Assembly (NCBI GenBank): GCA_965208835.1
Contig: OZ242358.1
Location: forward strand, 3,616,001 to 3,680,000
DNA: 64,000 nucleotides
Direction: 5' to 3'
DNA from: Candidatus Latescibacterota bacterium
GTDB lineage: Bacteria > Latescibacterota > UBA2968 > GCA-2709665
The first letter of the stretch is position 1, and every line of letters starts with the position of its first letter. The notes beneath the pieces were generated by a model, which ran no database searches, was not told where the DNA came from, and saw only the letters and a program-made list of their open reading frames with translations. A program made the position numbers and the translations under genes. This document shows positions 49,701-58,731 of this stretch, one piece after another.

Positions 49701-49911
49701 GCACCAGCGATCGCTCCGCCTCCTTCGCCGCAAACTCCGCCGCAGACTGCGACGCCTTGTCGAAATAAATCTTGAAATGCTCCGTCTCCAGAAAGTGCCA
49801 GTCGTAATCGTCATACGTCACCTTGTTCTTGCCGAAATACTCCTGGCCCATCGCAATACCGCAGGAGAACAGACTGATGAGTATCGCTGACATCAAGTGA
49901 CGCCCTATCAT
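46726..49911 (-). CDS. Omp85-family outer membrane protein: zinc-peptidase-like + TolB/PD40 propeller + BamA-like barrel
   Basis: SD AAGGAGG, signal peptide, YFGKNKV, HELVH...EGVAEY, WSPDGK repeats, FFLGG...PLRG, terminal Phe. Confidence 0.88.
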   Translation of the reverse strand: MIGRHLMSAILISLFSCGIAMGQEYFGKNKVTYDDYDWHFLETEHFKIYFDKASQSAAEFAAKEAERSLVRLEKDLKYTLKDRYPIVIYNSHNGFSVTNITPTEQSEFTGGFTEFAQGRVVIPYTGSYADFRHVIHHELVHVVTLEMWTGGGWLGAMMTQAASLPPLWIAEGVAEYLSQGGWDREADNFMRHATITGFVPGMMSLSGAFAYKGGQSVFVMIEEEYGKDKVAEFISSFRSARSVDKALKASVGEGVEELDEKWQLWLKRQYWNEINLHHPSEEVAKQLTEAGAGRGFYNIAPSFSPQGDKIAYVTERQGTFDIYLMSAIDGQDLGRLVEGERSSDFEGLFVLRPGITWSPDGKQIAFAAKSRNKNTLYTLDVRKKRVTKRFKFDLDGLFEPTWSPDGKQIAIVGLKDGWSDVYVVDVADESLRRMTRDPYDEKHLDWSPDGKWIAISSDRPSAALTYDGSKDFEFGVYDVFVLKADGSEIRRVVESEVNDSHPTWGPDSQTLAFVSDRTGVGNVYITRVDGSQMYPISNLLSGARYIDWSADGKKLAFTTFHRGGYDIFVIKDPRKQKRGMEDLPLTRYAKRLAGIEDRPFVELQRERQQEQKAAAAVDSGGVAAQEDTAAVVAAADRKVETWMSDQMALAAAEASDDDEEAGTDTLAADGDRELTLRDWNREFTVNKYRVKLKPEFFGANAGFDTFYGVSSLLHLSLTDVMGDHRLIIQSGLSFSLKDSDLFLGYQNLKHQTNYYLSALHTRNFFISNGQVVADRIYGGGVVFHRPFNRFTRLETSMQAISISRENLGSYQNQYLRAGYTGRVIRGSGTPVSNNKAVINSLELVDDNALYSLYGPTKGRRARLSVRGSWAGMKYGTVQGDYRKYVPMLDEYTLAVRMSGGTSFGRNRQIFFLGGVNNSINPNFATFASVDRERIFFSSFVWPLRGADVFEMAGDSYVLANVAFRFPLLRQLALGWPLPLFFQNVQGELFMDVGSAFNRDSFNPWEARDGGFELRDLKAGYGLGVRVNMGLALFRYDLAWPTDFAETVHPKQYFSIDFTGLF

Positions 49912-50155
49912 GATTGACCTCCTTACCTGCGCGGGAGTTGCGGTGGCCGACGACGACGGTTGCGTCACCGCCCACTACACCTCTAACTGTCGGCGTTTTT
50001 CGCGACCTTACAACGACGATGGGGTGGGGGTCGGCCGCCGGGATTTTACCGCCCCCACCCCGCTCCCGCAAGAATTCTGCGGGAAGAACTCAATGGCCTG
50101 ATTGCATGTTTCCTTCCTCAACGACTTCTGCCGCCCGTCCCTCGCGCTACACCAT

Positions 50156-50184
50156 TTAGAACGACGGTATGTCCAAATCGTTCC
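50156..50184 (-). promoter_or_regulatory. ECF-sigma-type promoter upstream of the BamA-like gene
   Basis: Minus strand GGAAC-N19-TCTAA, same spacing as the sites at 60572 and 62670. Confidence 0.6.
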
Positions 50185-50353
50185 CCCGATTTTTCCAATG
50201 ACATCCGCCGCCTTTTCCATATATTAGCCGTAAAGGAAGACCGCCATGTGCGCGGAATCCGTTTCCGGAACCGCGTCGCCGCCCGTGGCGTTCCGCCGCG
50301 TCCGGTCCAAATCATAACGCGACCGCAAGCCACGTTATCCGGGAAATTGTACG

Positions 50354-51541
50354 ATGGAGAAAATCAGAGTCGGCGTTCTCGGCCTGCGGCGGGGCATTGC
50401 CCATCTGCGCAACTTCCTGGCACTGAATCAGGTCGAAGTCGTTGCCGCCTGCGACCGTTTTCCCTATTACCGCGATCAGGCGCGCGTCCTCGTGGACAGC
50501 CACGGCTCATCAACCGAACTGCTGGCTGAATTTGACGATCTCCTGGAACGCAAGCCCGACGCCGTGGTCGTCGCCAGCAACGGCAGACTCCAGGTCGAGC
50601 ACGCCTGCATGGCACTGGAAGCCGGTTGTCACGTTCTCTCGGAAGTCCCGGGCGCAGACACGGAACACGAACTGATACGCCTTCGTGACGCCGTGGAACG
50701 CACCGGATTGACATACATGCTGGCCGAGAACGCGTGTTACGCCGGATTTCTGCCGTATTGGCGCAAGTGGGTCCTGGAAGACCGCTTCGGACCCATCTCC
50801 ATCGCTGAAGCCGAATACCTTCACTACCTGCCTGAAACACTCTTCACACCTGACGGGAAACGTCTGTCGCCTCACCAGGCGCGGTCCGCGGGGGCCGTGA
50901 ATGCGAAACCAATATGGCGGGCGGACCAGCCGCCAATCCAGTATCTGACCCACGACCTGGGCCCGCTCCTGGAGATCCTGGACGACCGCGTCGTTTCAGT
51001 TACCTGTTTGAGCGCCCCGTGGCGCTGCAGGGAAGTGCCCTTGAGATCCGACGGCCAGATCGCCCTGTTTCACACACAGAAGGGCACGCTTATCAAGATC
51101 ATGGTTACTCTGAACACGGTCCGCCCCTCCGAACACCGCTACAGACTCTTCGGCACCGCGGGGAGCGTGGAGATGTTCACGTACGAAGAATGCACCCGTT
51201 ATTTCGATAGCGGTTGCAGTCACAAGGACGGCTGGAGAGTTCTACCGGTCAGCAGGTCGGCCGTTGACGATGCGACAGGCGGCCACGGGGGAACGGATCT
51301 GAAAGTCGCCGGGCAATTTACGGACAACCTGCTTAAAGGCCGACCCTCTTCGATTGACGTCTACCGCGCAATCGAATATACCCTGCCGGGCATCATCGCT
51401 GCACGTTCCGCGGATCTGGGCGGTACCCCCATTGCAATTCCCGACCTGAGACGGGTTCCGTTTACCCGGACAGATTTCTGGGACACACTTCAGATTCCGG
51501 AAACCGAACCTCCATCCTTTAACTACCGACCGCCGCTGTAG
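50354..51541 (+). CDS. Gfo/Idh/MocA family oxidoreductase
   Basis: IRVGVLGLRRG, HVLSEVP, YMLAEN, AEYLH, YLTHDLGP, GGHGGTD. Confidence 0.88.
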   Translation: MEKIRVGVLGLRRGIAHLRNFLALNQVEVVAACDRFPYYRDQARVLVDSHGSSTELLAEFDDLLERKPDAVVVASNGRLQVEHACMALEAGCHVLSEVPGADTEHELIRLRDAVERTGLTYMLAENACYAGFLPYWRKWVLEDRFGPISIAEAEYLHYLPETLFTPDGKRLSPHQARSAGAVNAKPIWRADQPPIQYLTHDLGPLLEILDDRVVSVTCLSAPWRCREVPLRSDGQIALFHTQKGTLIKIMVTLNTVRPSEHRYRLFGTAGSVEMFTYEECTRYFDSGCSHKDGWRVLPVSRSAVDDATGGHGGTDLKVAGQFTDNLLKGRPSSIDVYRAIEYTLPGIIAARSADLGGTPIAIPDLRRVPFTRTDFWDTLQIPETEPPSFNYRPPL

Positions 51542-51600
51542 CCTGTCCGCCATCGTCCAGAGCCCCGCAGGTCCGGCTCGCCCTTCATCTTCCATTGCCA

Positions 51601-53322
51601 ATGACATATACATCCGTCGAACTCCAACTCCTCAAGAACAGGCTGGAATCCATCGTGGACGACATGGCGCTCACTGTCGTTCGTACGGCCTATTCAACCA
51701 TTCTCAGAAACTCGATGGATTTTTCCACCGGCTTCTGCGATCCCGACGGCAGGCTGGTCGCACAGGGCCTCTGTCTTCCCTTGCATCTGGGAAGCCTGCC
51801 GGACGGGCTTGCCGCCGTACTGAGCCGGTATGGCGACGCCATTGACGAAGGCGATGTTTTTCTACTCAACGATCCGTATGAAGGTGGCACCCACCTGCCT
51901 GACATCTACGTTTACAAACCTGTTTTCGTCGACTCCCGCCTGCTTGGATTCACGACCGCCATCGCGCATCACACCGATATCGGCGGCCGGGTCGCGGGGG
52001 GAAACGCCTGCGACTCCACGGAGATCTTTCAGGAAGGCCTCCGCATTCCGCCGCTCAAACTCTTCGCTGCCGGCCGACCCGTGCAAGCCATCTTCGACCT
52101 GATCGAGCGGAACGTCCGCGTTCCCCGAAACACCCTTGGGGACCTTCGCGCCCAGTTGTCCGCCTGCCACATCGGCGAAAGAGCGGTCGTCGCACTCGCG
52201 GGGGAACAGGGTTGCGATCGCCTCCAGCGCGGATTTTCCGAACTTCTGGATTACGCCGAGCACCTCACGCGAGCAGAAATCGACGCTCTTCCGGACGGGC
52301 GTTTCACATTTACGGACGTACTCGACGACGACGGTATCGACCCCGATGAGATCCCCATTACGGTCACGGTCGAGGTCGCCGGCAGCGCGCTTTCGGTGGA
52401 CTTCAGCGGCACAGCGCCCCAGGTAAAGGGGGCCATCAACTGTGTCGCTTCATTCACCAGGTCGGCGGTCTACGCCTGTTTGCGCTGTCTCATGCGCGCG
52501 GACATCCCCACCAACTCCGGATTCTTCCGTGCCATTGACGTCCGTGTCCCCTCCGCGACGATTGCCAACCCGGTGCCGCCCGCTCCCGTAGCCGCCCGCG
52601 GCCTCACCGGCTTTCGATTGGCCAACGCGATTATGGGCGCGCTCGCTCCGCTGGCACCGCATATCGTGCCGGCGTGCGAAGTCGGAGGAGATACCGGAAT
52701 CTCGATTGGCGGATACCATTCTGACGGGACGCCTTTTGTCTTTCTCGAGTTTCTCTTCTGCGGCTGGGGAGGTCGTCCGGACCGGGACGGGATCGACGGG
52801 TGCGCCAGTATTGTGGTCAATTTTTCCAATAACCCCGCCGAAGTTGTCGAAGCCGAATATCCGCTCCAGATCCTCGAATACGGATTCCTGACCGACACCG
52901 GCGGCGCAGGAAAGTATCGTGGTTGCTGCTCCATTGTGCGCGAGTACCGCTTTGCTGAAACGCAAGCAACCCTTCAGATCCGCTCGGATCGCCATAATTC
53001 GCGGCCATACGGCCTTTCGGGAGGCAAGCCGGGATCTCCATCCTGCAACATCCTGAACACTCACGCCGAAGCCAGGAGACTGCCCTCAAAGACGCTGCTC
53101 AACCTGAAGAGAGGGGACACCCTGCGGCACGTACTCGCAGGCGCCGGCGGTTGGGGCAATCCATTGGAACGCGACCCTCAACGCATCCTCGACGACGTCA
53201 GAAACGGAAAGGTCTCTATCCGGTCCGCAGAAATGCACTACGGCGTCGCCATAGACCCGGACACGTTGCAAATCGACGTTGCGCGCACGAGCGGGCTCCG
53301 ATCCTGTTCAGCGCGCGCATGA
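51601..53322 (+). CDS. Hydantoinase B/5-oxoprolinase subunit
   Basis: RTAYS, NDPYEGGTHLPD, HHTDIGG, EIFQEGLRIPP, DTGGAGKYRG, GAGGWGNP. Confidence 0.93.
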   Translation: MTYTSVELQLLKNRLESIVDDMALTVVRTAYSTILRNSMDFSTGFCDPDGRLVAQGLCLPLHLGSLPDGLAAVLSRYGDAIDEGDVFLLNDPYEGGTHLPDIYVYKPVFVDSRLLGFTTAIAHHTDIGGRVAGGNACDSTEIFQEGLRIPPLKLFAAGRPVQAIFDLIERNVRVPRNTLGDLRAQLSACHIGERAVVALAGEQGCDRLQRGFSELLDYAEHLTRAEIDALPDGRFTFTDVLDDDGIDPDEIPITVTVEVAGSALSVDFSGTAPQVKGAINCVASFTRSAVYACLRCLMRADIPTNSGFFRAIDVRVPSATIANPVPPAPVAARGLTGFRLANAIMGALAPLAPHIVPACEVGGDTGISIGGYHSDGTPFVFLEFLFCGWGGRPDRDGIDGCASIVVNFSNNPAEVVEAEYPLQILEYGFLTDTGGAGKYRGCCSIVREYRFAETQATLQIRSDRHNSRPYGLSGGKPGSPSCNILNTHAEARRLPSKTLLNLKRGDTLRHVLAGAGGWGNPLERDPQRILDDVRNGKVSIRSAEMHYGVAIDPDTLQIDVARTSGLRSCSARA

Positions 53323-53416
53323 CGCCCTCATGTCAAATCGGTCCCGGTTGCATCCAGGCAGGTAACGAAACGCGGACGATCCTTTGGACCGCCCGCATCT
53401 TATACTGAAACGTCCG

Positions 53417-55474
53417 CTAAAACCGCATACATTCCAAGTCAATCACGACATTCCTCCACTCGTCCAGTTGAACGCGAACATCCGGGGGAACCAGCGTGGT
53501 TGCGTCATAATCCTCTAGAATCAGCGGGCCCCATAAAGGCGATTCCTTCAGTTGGCTCCGCGTCAAAACCCGTGTCTCAATCCATCCCTTATGCTCCCCG
53601 AAATATGCCCGCCGTGTGCCGGGCATCCGGGCACCTTCATCAGGTTCGTCGATGTCGTTCCCGCTGGGCATCGGCGGCCCGGGCAGGAACGCGCGAATCC
53701 TCAATGTTACGATTTCAACCGAGCCGGTCTCGGCGCGGTGCCCGTACGTGCGCTCGTGTTCTTCTTCAAACGCGTTCGCCAGGTCCACAAGGGTGCCACG
53801 GTTCCACGATCCGCCGGGTGCCCTGATCGGCAGTTCATAGGACTGCCCGGCGTACCTGAGATCCACGAAATTCTCGAATGCCGAACCAGGCAGACGTTCT
53901 CCGGCTTCGTCCGCCATCCTTTCAAATGCAGACTGAAGCTCATCCGGTTCCGCTTCCAGCAGTCGACCCAGGCGGGTGTGTGCCAGATCGTACTGCAATC
54001 CTGCCGAGACCAGACCGATGGCGCTGAAGAGCCCCGGCGCGGGCGGCACCAATACGCGCTGTATGCCCAGTACACCGGCCATCGCCACGGCGTGGAGAGG
54101 GCCGCTTCCGCCGAAAGCCAGCAACGTGTATTCACCGGGATCCCGGCCGCGCTCTGACGAAACCGCACGCACTGCTCTCACCATACGTGCAACCGCGATC
54201 CGGTGCGCCCCCAGGGCGGCCTCGGCCACCCCCAGATTCATCCTGGACGCAATACATTCCTGCATCGCGCTGCGTGCCAGTGCGACGCCCAGAGGAAGGC
54301 AACCCCCAGCCGGTCCATCGGGATTCAGATATCCAAGCAGCAGATTCGCATCTGTAAGCGTAGGCCGTTTTCCGCCGCGCCGGTAGCAGACCGGACCCGG
54401 GTCCGCTCCTGCGCTGGCCGGTCCGACAAGAAGCGCTCCACCGCCGTCGACCTCCAGGATACTCCCTCCGCCAGCTCCGATCTCGGCCAGATCGATACTG
54501 GGCACCCGGGTGGCGTACCCGCCACCGCTAAGTAACCTCCCAGCAACGGACAACCCGCCGCCCACCTCGTAGTCCGAAATGCGGGATATTTGTCCGTTTT
54601 CGATCAGCGCAGCCTTGGCCGTGGTCCCTCCCATATCGAATGCAATCAGATCCATGCAACCGATGCGACGCCCCAGCGACGCGGCAGCGACCACGCCCGC
54701 GGCAGGCCCGGATTCGAGAATCTGCACGGGACGCTCGACCGCTGTAGCAGCGTCGGTAACGCCTCCCCCGGACTGCATGATCCGCAGCGGAGCATCTATC
54801 TTCAGGGTTTGAAGTCGTGCGCGAAGATCGCTCAAGTAGCTCCGTACCACGGGCATCACGTATGCGTTAATCACTGTAGTACTGGTCCGTTCGTATTCCT
54901 TGATTTCGGGCAGGACTTCCGAGGACAGCGTCACAGTCCATCGCCCGGCGGCACGCAGCAGCTCACCTATCCTGATTTCGTGATCCGGATTTACATACGA
55001 GTTGAGCAGGCAAACCGCGATCGAAACAACACGTTCCTCATTCAGCCGTTCGATCGCAAGAAGAACACTCTCCTCATCCAGTGGTTCCAGGACGTGGCCA
55101 TCGGCCGCAATCCGTTCCGTCACCTCCAGACGGAGATAACGTGGCACAAGGGGCTTCGGCTTCTCCCAGGAGAGATCGTACAACCGGGGCATCCGCAGAC
55201 GCCCGATCTCAAGTACGTCTCGAAATCCCCTGGTTGTGATCAGCCCGGTCCGGGCGCCCGTGCCGCCAAGGACGGCATTGGTCGCCACGGTCGTGCCATG
55301 AATGACTTCATTCACCTGCACGCTGGATCCCTTTACAACATGACTTACGCCATCTATTATGGCCCTGCCGTAATCTTCCGGCGTGGAAGGCAACTTGCAC
55401 AGTTTGACGCGGCCGTCTTCGTCAACAGCCACAACATCCGTAAACGTGCCGCCAATATCGATGCCGATGCGCAT
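53417..55474 (-). CDS. Hydantoinase A/5-oxoprolinase subunit
   Basis: GIDIGGTFTD, HGTTVATN, EYERTSTT, ESGPAAG, DMGGTT, GAGGGSI, SAGADPGPVCY. Confidence 0.93.
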   Translation of the reverse strand: MRIGIDIGGTFTDVVAVDEDGRVKLCKLPSTPEDYGRAIIDGVSHVVKGSSVQVNEVIHGTTVATNAVLGGTGARTGLITTRGFRDVLEIGRLRMPRLYDLSWEKPKPLVPRYLRLEVTERIAADGHVLEPLDEESVLLAIERLNEERVVSIAVCLLNSYVNPDHEIRIGELLRAAGRWTVTLSSEVLPEIKEYERTSTTVINAYVMPVVRSYLSDLRARLQTLKIDAPLRIMQSGGGVTDAATAVERPVQILESGPAAGVVAAASLGRRIGCMDLIAFDMGGTTAKAALIENGQISRISDYEVGGGLSVAGRLLSGGGYATRVPSIDLAEIGAGGGSILEVDGGGALLVGPASAGADPGPVCYRRGGKRPTLTDANLLLGYLNPDGPAGGCLPLGVALARSAMQECIASRMNLGVAEAALGAHRIAVARMVRAVRAVSSERGRDPGEYTLLAFGGSGPLHAVAMAGVLGIQRVLVPPAPGLFSAIGLVSAGLQYDLAHTRLGRLLEAEPDELQSAFERMADEAGERLPGSAFENFVDLRYAGQSYELPIRAPGGSWNRGTLVDLANAFEEEHERTYGHRAETGSVEIVTLRIRAFLPGPPMPSGNDIDEPDEGARMPGTRRAYFGEHKGWIETRVLTRSQLKESPLWGPLILEDYDATTLVPPDVRVQLDEWRNVVIDLECMRF

Positions 55475-55502
55475 ATTCCCGCAATCCTTGAAGTGGAATT
55501 CT

Positions 55503-56816
55503 TCAATCAATAAACAGGTACCTTGCGATAAATATCACCGCCAGCAGGTCCACCAGGGGGTTCACCTCGTCCCCCTGTCGCCCCAGCCGCTTTACAATGG
55601 GAAACGCGATGAACCCCATCGCAAGACCGTCCGAAATACTGAACGTCAACGGCATGGCGATCATGGTCAGAAATGCCGGCAAAGCATCGGTGACGTCGTG
55701 CCATTTCACGTTAACCACCGATGCCATCATCAGTACCCCAACCACGATAAGCGCCGGCGCGGTTGCAAACGCCGGAATGGCCTCCACGAGAGGTGTAAGG
55801 AACAGGGCCAGCAGGAACATGGCGCCTGTTACAACGCTCGCGAAGCCGGTGCGCGCCCCGGCTGAAATGCCCGAAGCGCTTTCGATATACGTCGTCACAG
55901 TCGAAGTCCCGAACAGAGAGCCGAATACCGTACCCAATGAATCGGCAAGCAGCGCCCGGTTTGCCCGCGGCAGCCGGCCCCGTTCATCCAGAAATCCCGC
56001 TCTGCCCGACACCCCGACCAGCGTACCCATGGTGTCGAACATATCCACAAACAGGAAAACAAAGACCACGCCGATTAAACCTACATCGAATGCCGCCGCC
56101 AGGTTTACAGCCGCGACGCCAAACAACTGTTCAGGCCACGCCGGCAGACTGAAAAACCCTTCAGGTGCTGCGGTCACGCCCGTCAACACTCCCAGAACCG
56201 TCACACCCAGCATCCCGTACAATATGGCTCCCTTAACGCCTCTTGCCAACATGACGCCCGTGCCCAGCACACCCAGCAGCGTAAGTCCAACGGGTCCACT
56301 TCTGATTTCTCCAAGTGTGATCAGCGTTGCTGAATTCGCCGCCACGATTCCCGCGTTCTTCAATCCGATAAATGCGATAAACAGTCCGATGCCGCACGCC
56401 GTGGCATGCTTGATGGTATCGGGTACGGCGTTGATGATGGCCTCTCTCACGCGCACCAGCGTCAACAACGTAAAGAGGATACCCGATGCAAGAACGACGC
56501 CCAATGCCAGGTCCCAGCGCACGCCCATCCCCAGCACCACGGTATACGCGAAAAAGGCGTTCAATCCCATCCCCGGCGCCAGGGCAAACGGATAATTCGC
56601 GACAATGCCCATAATCAGGGTCGCCAGGGCCGCTGAAATGCAAGTTGCGAACAGCAGTTCTCCAAAAAGATCCTTCCCCAGCGCTTCCGACAGCATGCCC
56701 GGATTCACGGCCACGATATAGGCCATCGTGACAAATGAAGTCAGTCCGCCAATCACCTCTGTCCGAAAGGTGGCCCCATTCTCTTTAAACCGAAAATACC
56801 TGACAATCGAAGTCAT
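55503..56816 (-). CDS. NCS2/AzgA family purine permease
   Basis: TMAYIVAVNP, LAPGMGLNAFF, DMFDTMGT, TTYIESASG, PLTFSI. Confidence 0.93.
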   Translation of the reverse strand: MTSIVRYFRFKENGATFRTEVIGGLTSFVTMAYIVAVNPGMLSEALGKDLFGELLFATCISAALATLIMGIVANYPFALAPGMGLNAFFAYTVVLGMGVRWDLALGVVLASGILFTLLTLVRVREAIINAVPDTIKHATACGIGLFIAFIGLKNAGIVAANSATLITLGEIRSGPVGLTLLGVLGTGVMLARGVKGAILYGMLGVTVLGVLTGVTAAPEGFFSLPAWPEQLFGVAAVNLAAAFDVGLIGVVFVFLFVDMFDTMGTLVGVSGRAGFLDERGRLPRANRALLADSLGTVFGSLFGTSTVTTYIESASGISAGARTGFASVVTGAMFLLALFLTPLVEAIPAFATAPALIVVGVLMMASVVNVKWHDVTDALPAFLTMIAMPLTFSISDGLAMGFIAFPIVKRLGRQGDEVNPLVDLLAVIFIARYLFID

Positions 56817-57325
56817 GAGCCTCTCCCGGGGCAAATGCAAGATTAACCTAAATTCGAAACTCTTCGGGGACGTATAGCCGAAAATATGCAAGTAGACAAG
56901 GGCGGTTTGACTTCGGATTACCAGAATACGCCTAGTCACTGTGCATGAACTGAAAAAACGTCTTTTTGGACGACTCTTTCGCCCCGTTTCAGCGGTTTCG
57001 TTCGCGTCGCCGCGTTGCTTTTTTTGCTAAATCGGGACAAACTGATCAGTCTCGGAAATTCACCATCTCGAAGTTGAGGTCTTGCCGTTCTCGTGCCTGA
57101 TTGCGAACCGGAAATCCCCCTGAAACGCTCTCCACTATTCGAAATGCGGAACTGCGAACCCGTCGGTTCACGCTTCAGAACCTGTAGCGCGGGCGGTCGG
57201 CTTTGCCCTTGTTTTTGTTTCGGACTTATTTACATTTGTCTAACGTGGCGACCTCACAAACCGGTCGGTGGCCTTCGGCCGATGCTTCCGCGCTGAGGAA
57301 CACGTTCAAGCCCTGGAGCCATGTC

Positions 57326-58090
57326 ATGTCAGAGGATATCGGACCGATCCTGAAAAACTGGCCCTACGATCCCCAGAACAGCATCCGAAAAGTAATCGAT
57401 CCCAGGGGCGTGGAGAAGATTCAGGTGCGTGTCGATCAAGGTGCGTTTCAGGGCGTTTTGCAAATGGAATTGGATGGCCGGCCCGATGGACAGAAACCCT
57501 ACAATCAGACCTTTGTCCTGGACTATCACAAACAGCAGTTGCAGAAACATGTGGGCGCGTCCGGGTCTCCCGCGGGCTTCAGTCTGGATGAGCACGCCTG
57601 TTCCGAGATTTTCGACGAAAGCCGGCGGATATACGAAAGGTATGTATTCCTTCTGCAGATTCGGGATTACAACAGGGTTATACGCGATACCGAAAGAAAT
57701 ATGGACGTATTCCGCTTTGTCAACAGGTACGCCGAACGTACTGAAGACAGGGAAAACCTCGAAAAGTGGTGGCCTTACATTCTCAGAATCCACGCCGTCG
57801 CAAGGGTAATGATCGCAACCCAGCAGGACGACTACGACACGGCACTCGAGATAATCGGTGACACTCAGACGAAGATTTCTAACCTCGAAGGTGTGGAGGC
57901 CGAAGAGTTTGAAATCGAAAAAAAGCGCTCTCAGGAGTCCCTTAAGGAACTTGAAGACGAAATACTGAGCAAACGCCCGCAGAGTCCGGCGGAAAGACTC
58001 AAGGAGGAATTGGCTCAGGCCGTCGAGGACGAGGATTTTGAGCGCGCCGCTGCCATTCGGGACAAAATCTGGGAATTGGAAGAAAATTGA
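57326..58090 (+). CDS. UVR (UvrB/UvrC motif) domain-containing hypothetical protein
   Basis: QMELDGRPDG; C-terminal LAQAVEDEDFERAAAIRDKI. Confidence 0.8.
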   Translation: MSEDIGPILKNWPYDPQNSIRKVIDPRGVEKIQVRVDQGAFQGVLQMELDGRPDGQKPYNQTFVLDYHKQQLQKHVGASGSPAGFSLDEHACSEIFDESRRIYERYVFLLQIRDYNRVIRDTERNMDVFRFVNRYAERTEDRENLEKWWPYILRIHAVARVMIATQQDDYDTALEIIGDTQTKISNLEGVEAEEFEIEKKRSQESLKELEDEILSKRPQSPAERLKEELAQAVEDEDFERAAAIRDKIWELEEN

Positions 58091-58329
58091 CGCAATGCAC
58101 CGGGAGTGTACGGTGAGTTCTCCAGGATTGGCGTTACGGCCTTAGTTTCCGATCTATTCCAGATCATGTCGTCGAGGAACGCACACCCCTCAAAATAGGC
58201 ATATACAGCCAGAGCCTGCAAGACCTTTGACACATGCGCCCAGGCGGCAATGCAATAGATTCGCATAGACCATGTCCCCGTAAACGGACTCAGTCTCCTG
58301 CCGGAATTCCACGTGGCATCAAAAACACC

Positions 58330-58358
58330 TTGACTTTTCGGATCGAATCCAATACTAT
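58330..58358 (+). promoter_or_regulatory. Sigma70 promoter of the ilvB leader
   Basis: TTGACT-17 nt-TACTAT. Confidence 0.75.
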
Positions 58359-58462
58359 ATTCCCCGCAAGACAGATCATCCGCTTACACACCGCCTCCGA
58401 TGTTCCACGGATCAAATTACCGGGCAGTTACAGCCCGGCGGCCTACGTAAGGGATTCATCCA

Positions 58463-58570
58463 GTGGCATTGAATCTGCGCGCTATATCCGTTCCAGTCCC
58501 GGGCAACGATAACGTGAACCCTGGCGTCGCTCTTTTGGTACCCGTATCCCCTGGACGGCAGGGCTTATAA
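58463..58570 (+). CDS. Putative ilv attenuator leader peptide MALNLRAISVPVPGNDNVNPGVALLVPVSPGRQGL (alternative GTG at 58514)
   Basis: SD TAAGGGA 8 nt upstream; 12 of 35 residues are Val/Leu/Ile; the 3' end overlaps the antiterminator arm. Confidence 0.65.
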   Translation: MALNLRAISVPVPGNDNVNPGVALLVPVSPGRQGL

Positions 58571-58595
58571 TCCGGAATGGCAGATACACGAACTC

Positions 58596-58630
58596 AGCCC
58601 GCCGTCGATGTCGATTCGACGGCGTTTTTT
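58596..58630 (+). terminator. Attenuator terminator upstream of ilvB
   Basis: CGCCGTCGA-7-TCGACGGCG-TTTTTT; its 5' arm can alternatively pair with GACGGCAGGGCT at 58554-58565. Confidence 0.8.
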
Positions 58631-58731
58631 ATTTGCGGTTTTTCCACATGAATTTGACGGATCGCCGGTGCGTGTTTATATTGCATTAATTAACCGCAGA
58701 ACGGCTTCTTACACTTGGGAGTACACTGCAG

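Noticed and set aside
47860-49810. Diversity-generating retroelement as the cause of the A-poor codons
   Set aside because: No reverse transcriptase or TR/VR pair is present, and the bias is synonymous and spans about 2 kb.
47632-49890. 752-aa plus-strand ORF (and other long antisense ORFs such as 10488-12149 and 58690-59919)
   Set aside because: These are antisense shadows of well-supported genes, caused by codon bias; they show no recognisable motifs.
56817-57325. Purine riboswitch upstream of the NCS2 permease
   Set aside because: The conserved purine-riboswitch core sequences were not found on the minus strand.
58360-58630. T-box riboswitch upstream of ilvB
   Set aside because: No AGGGTGGNACCGCG T-box motif; a leader-peptide attenuator explains the terminator better.
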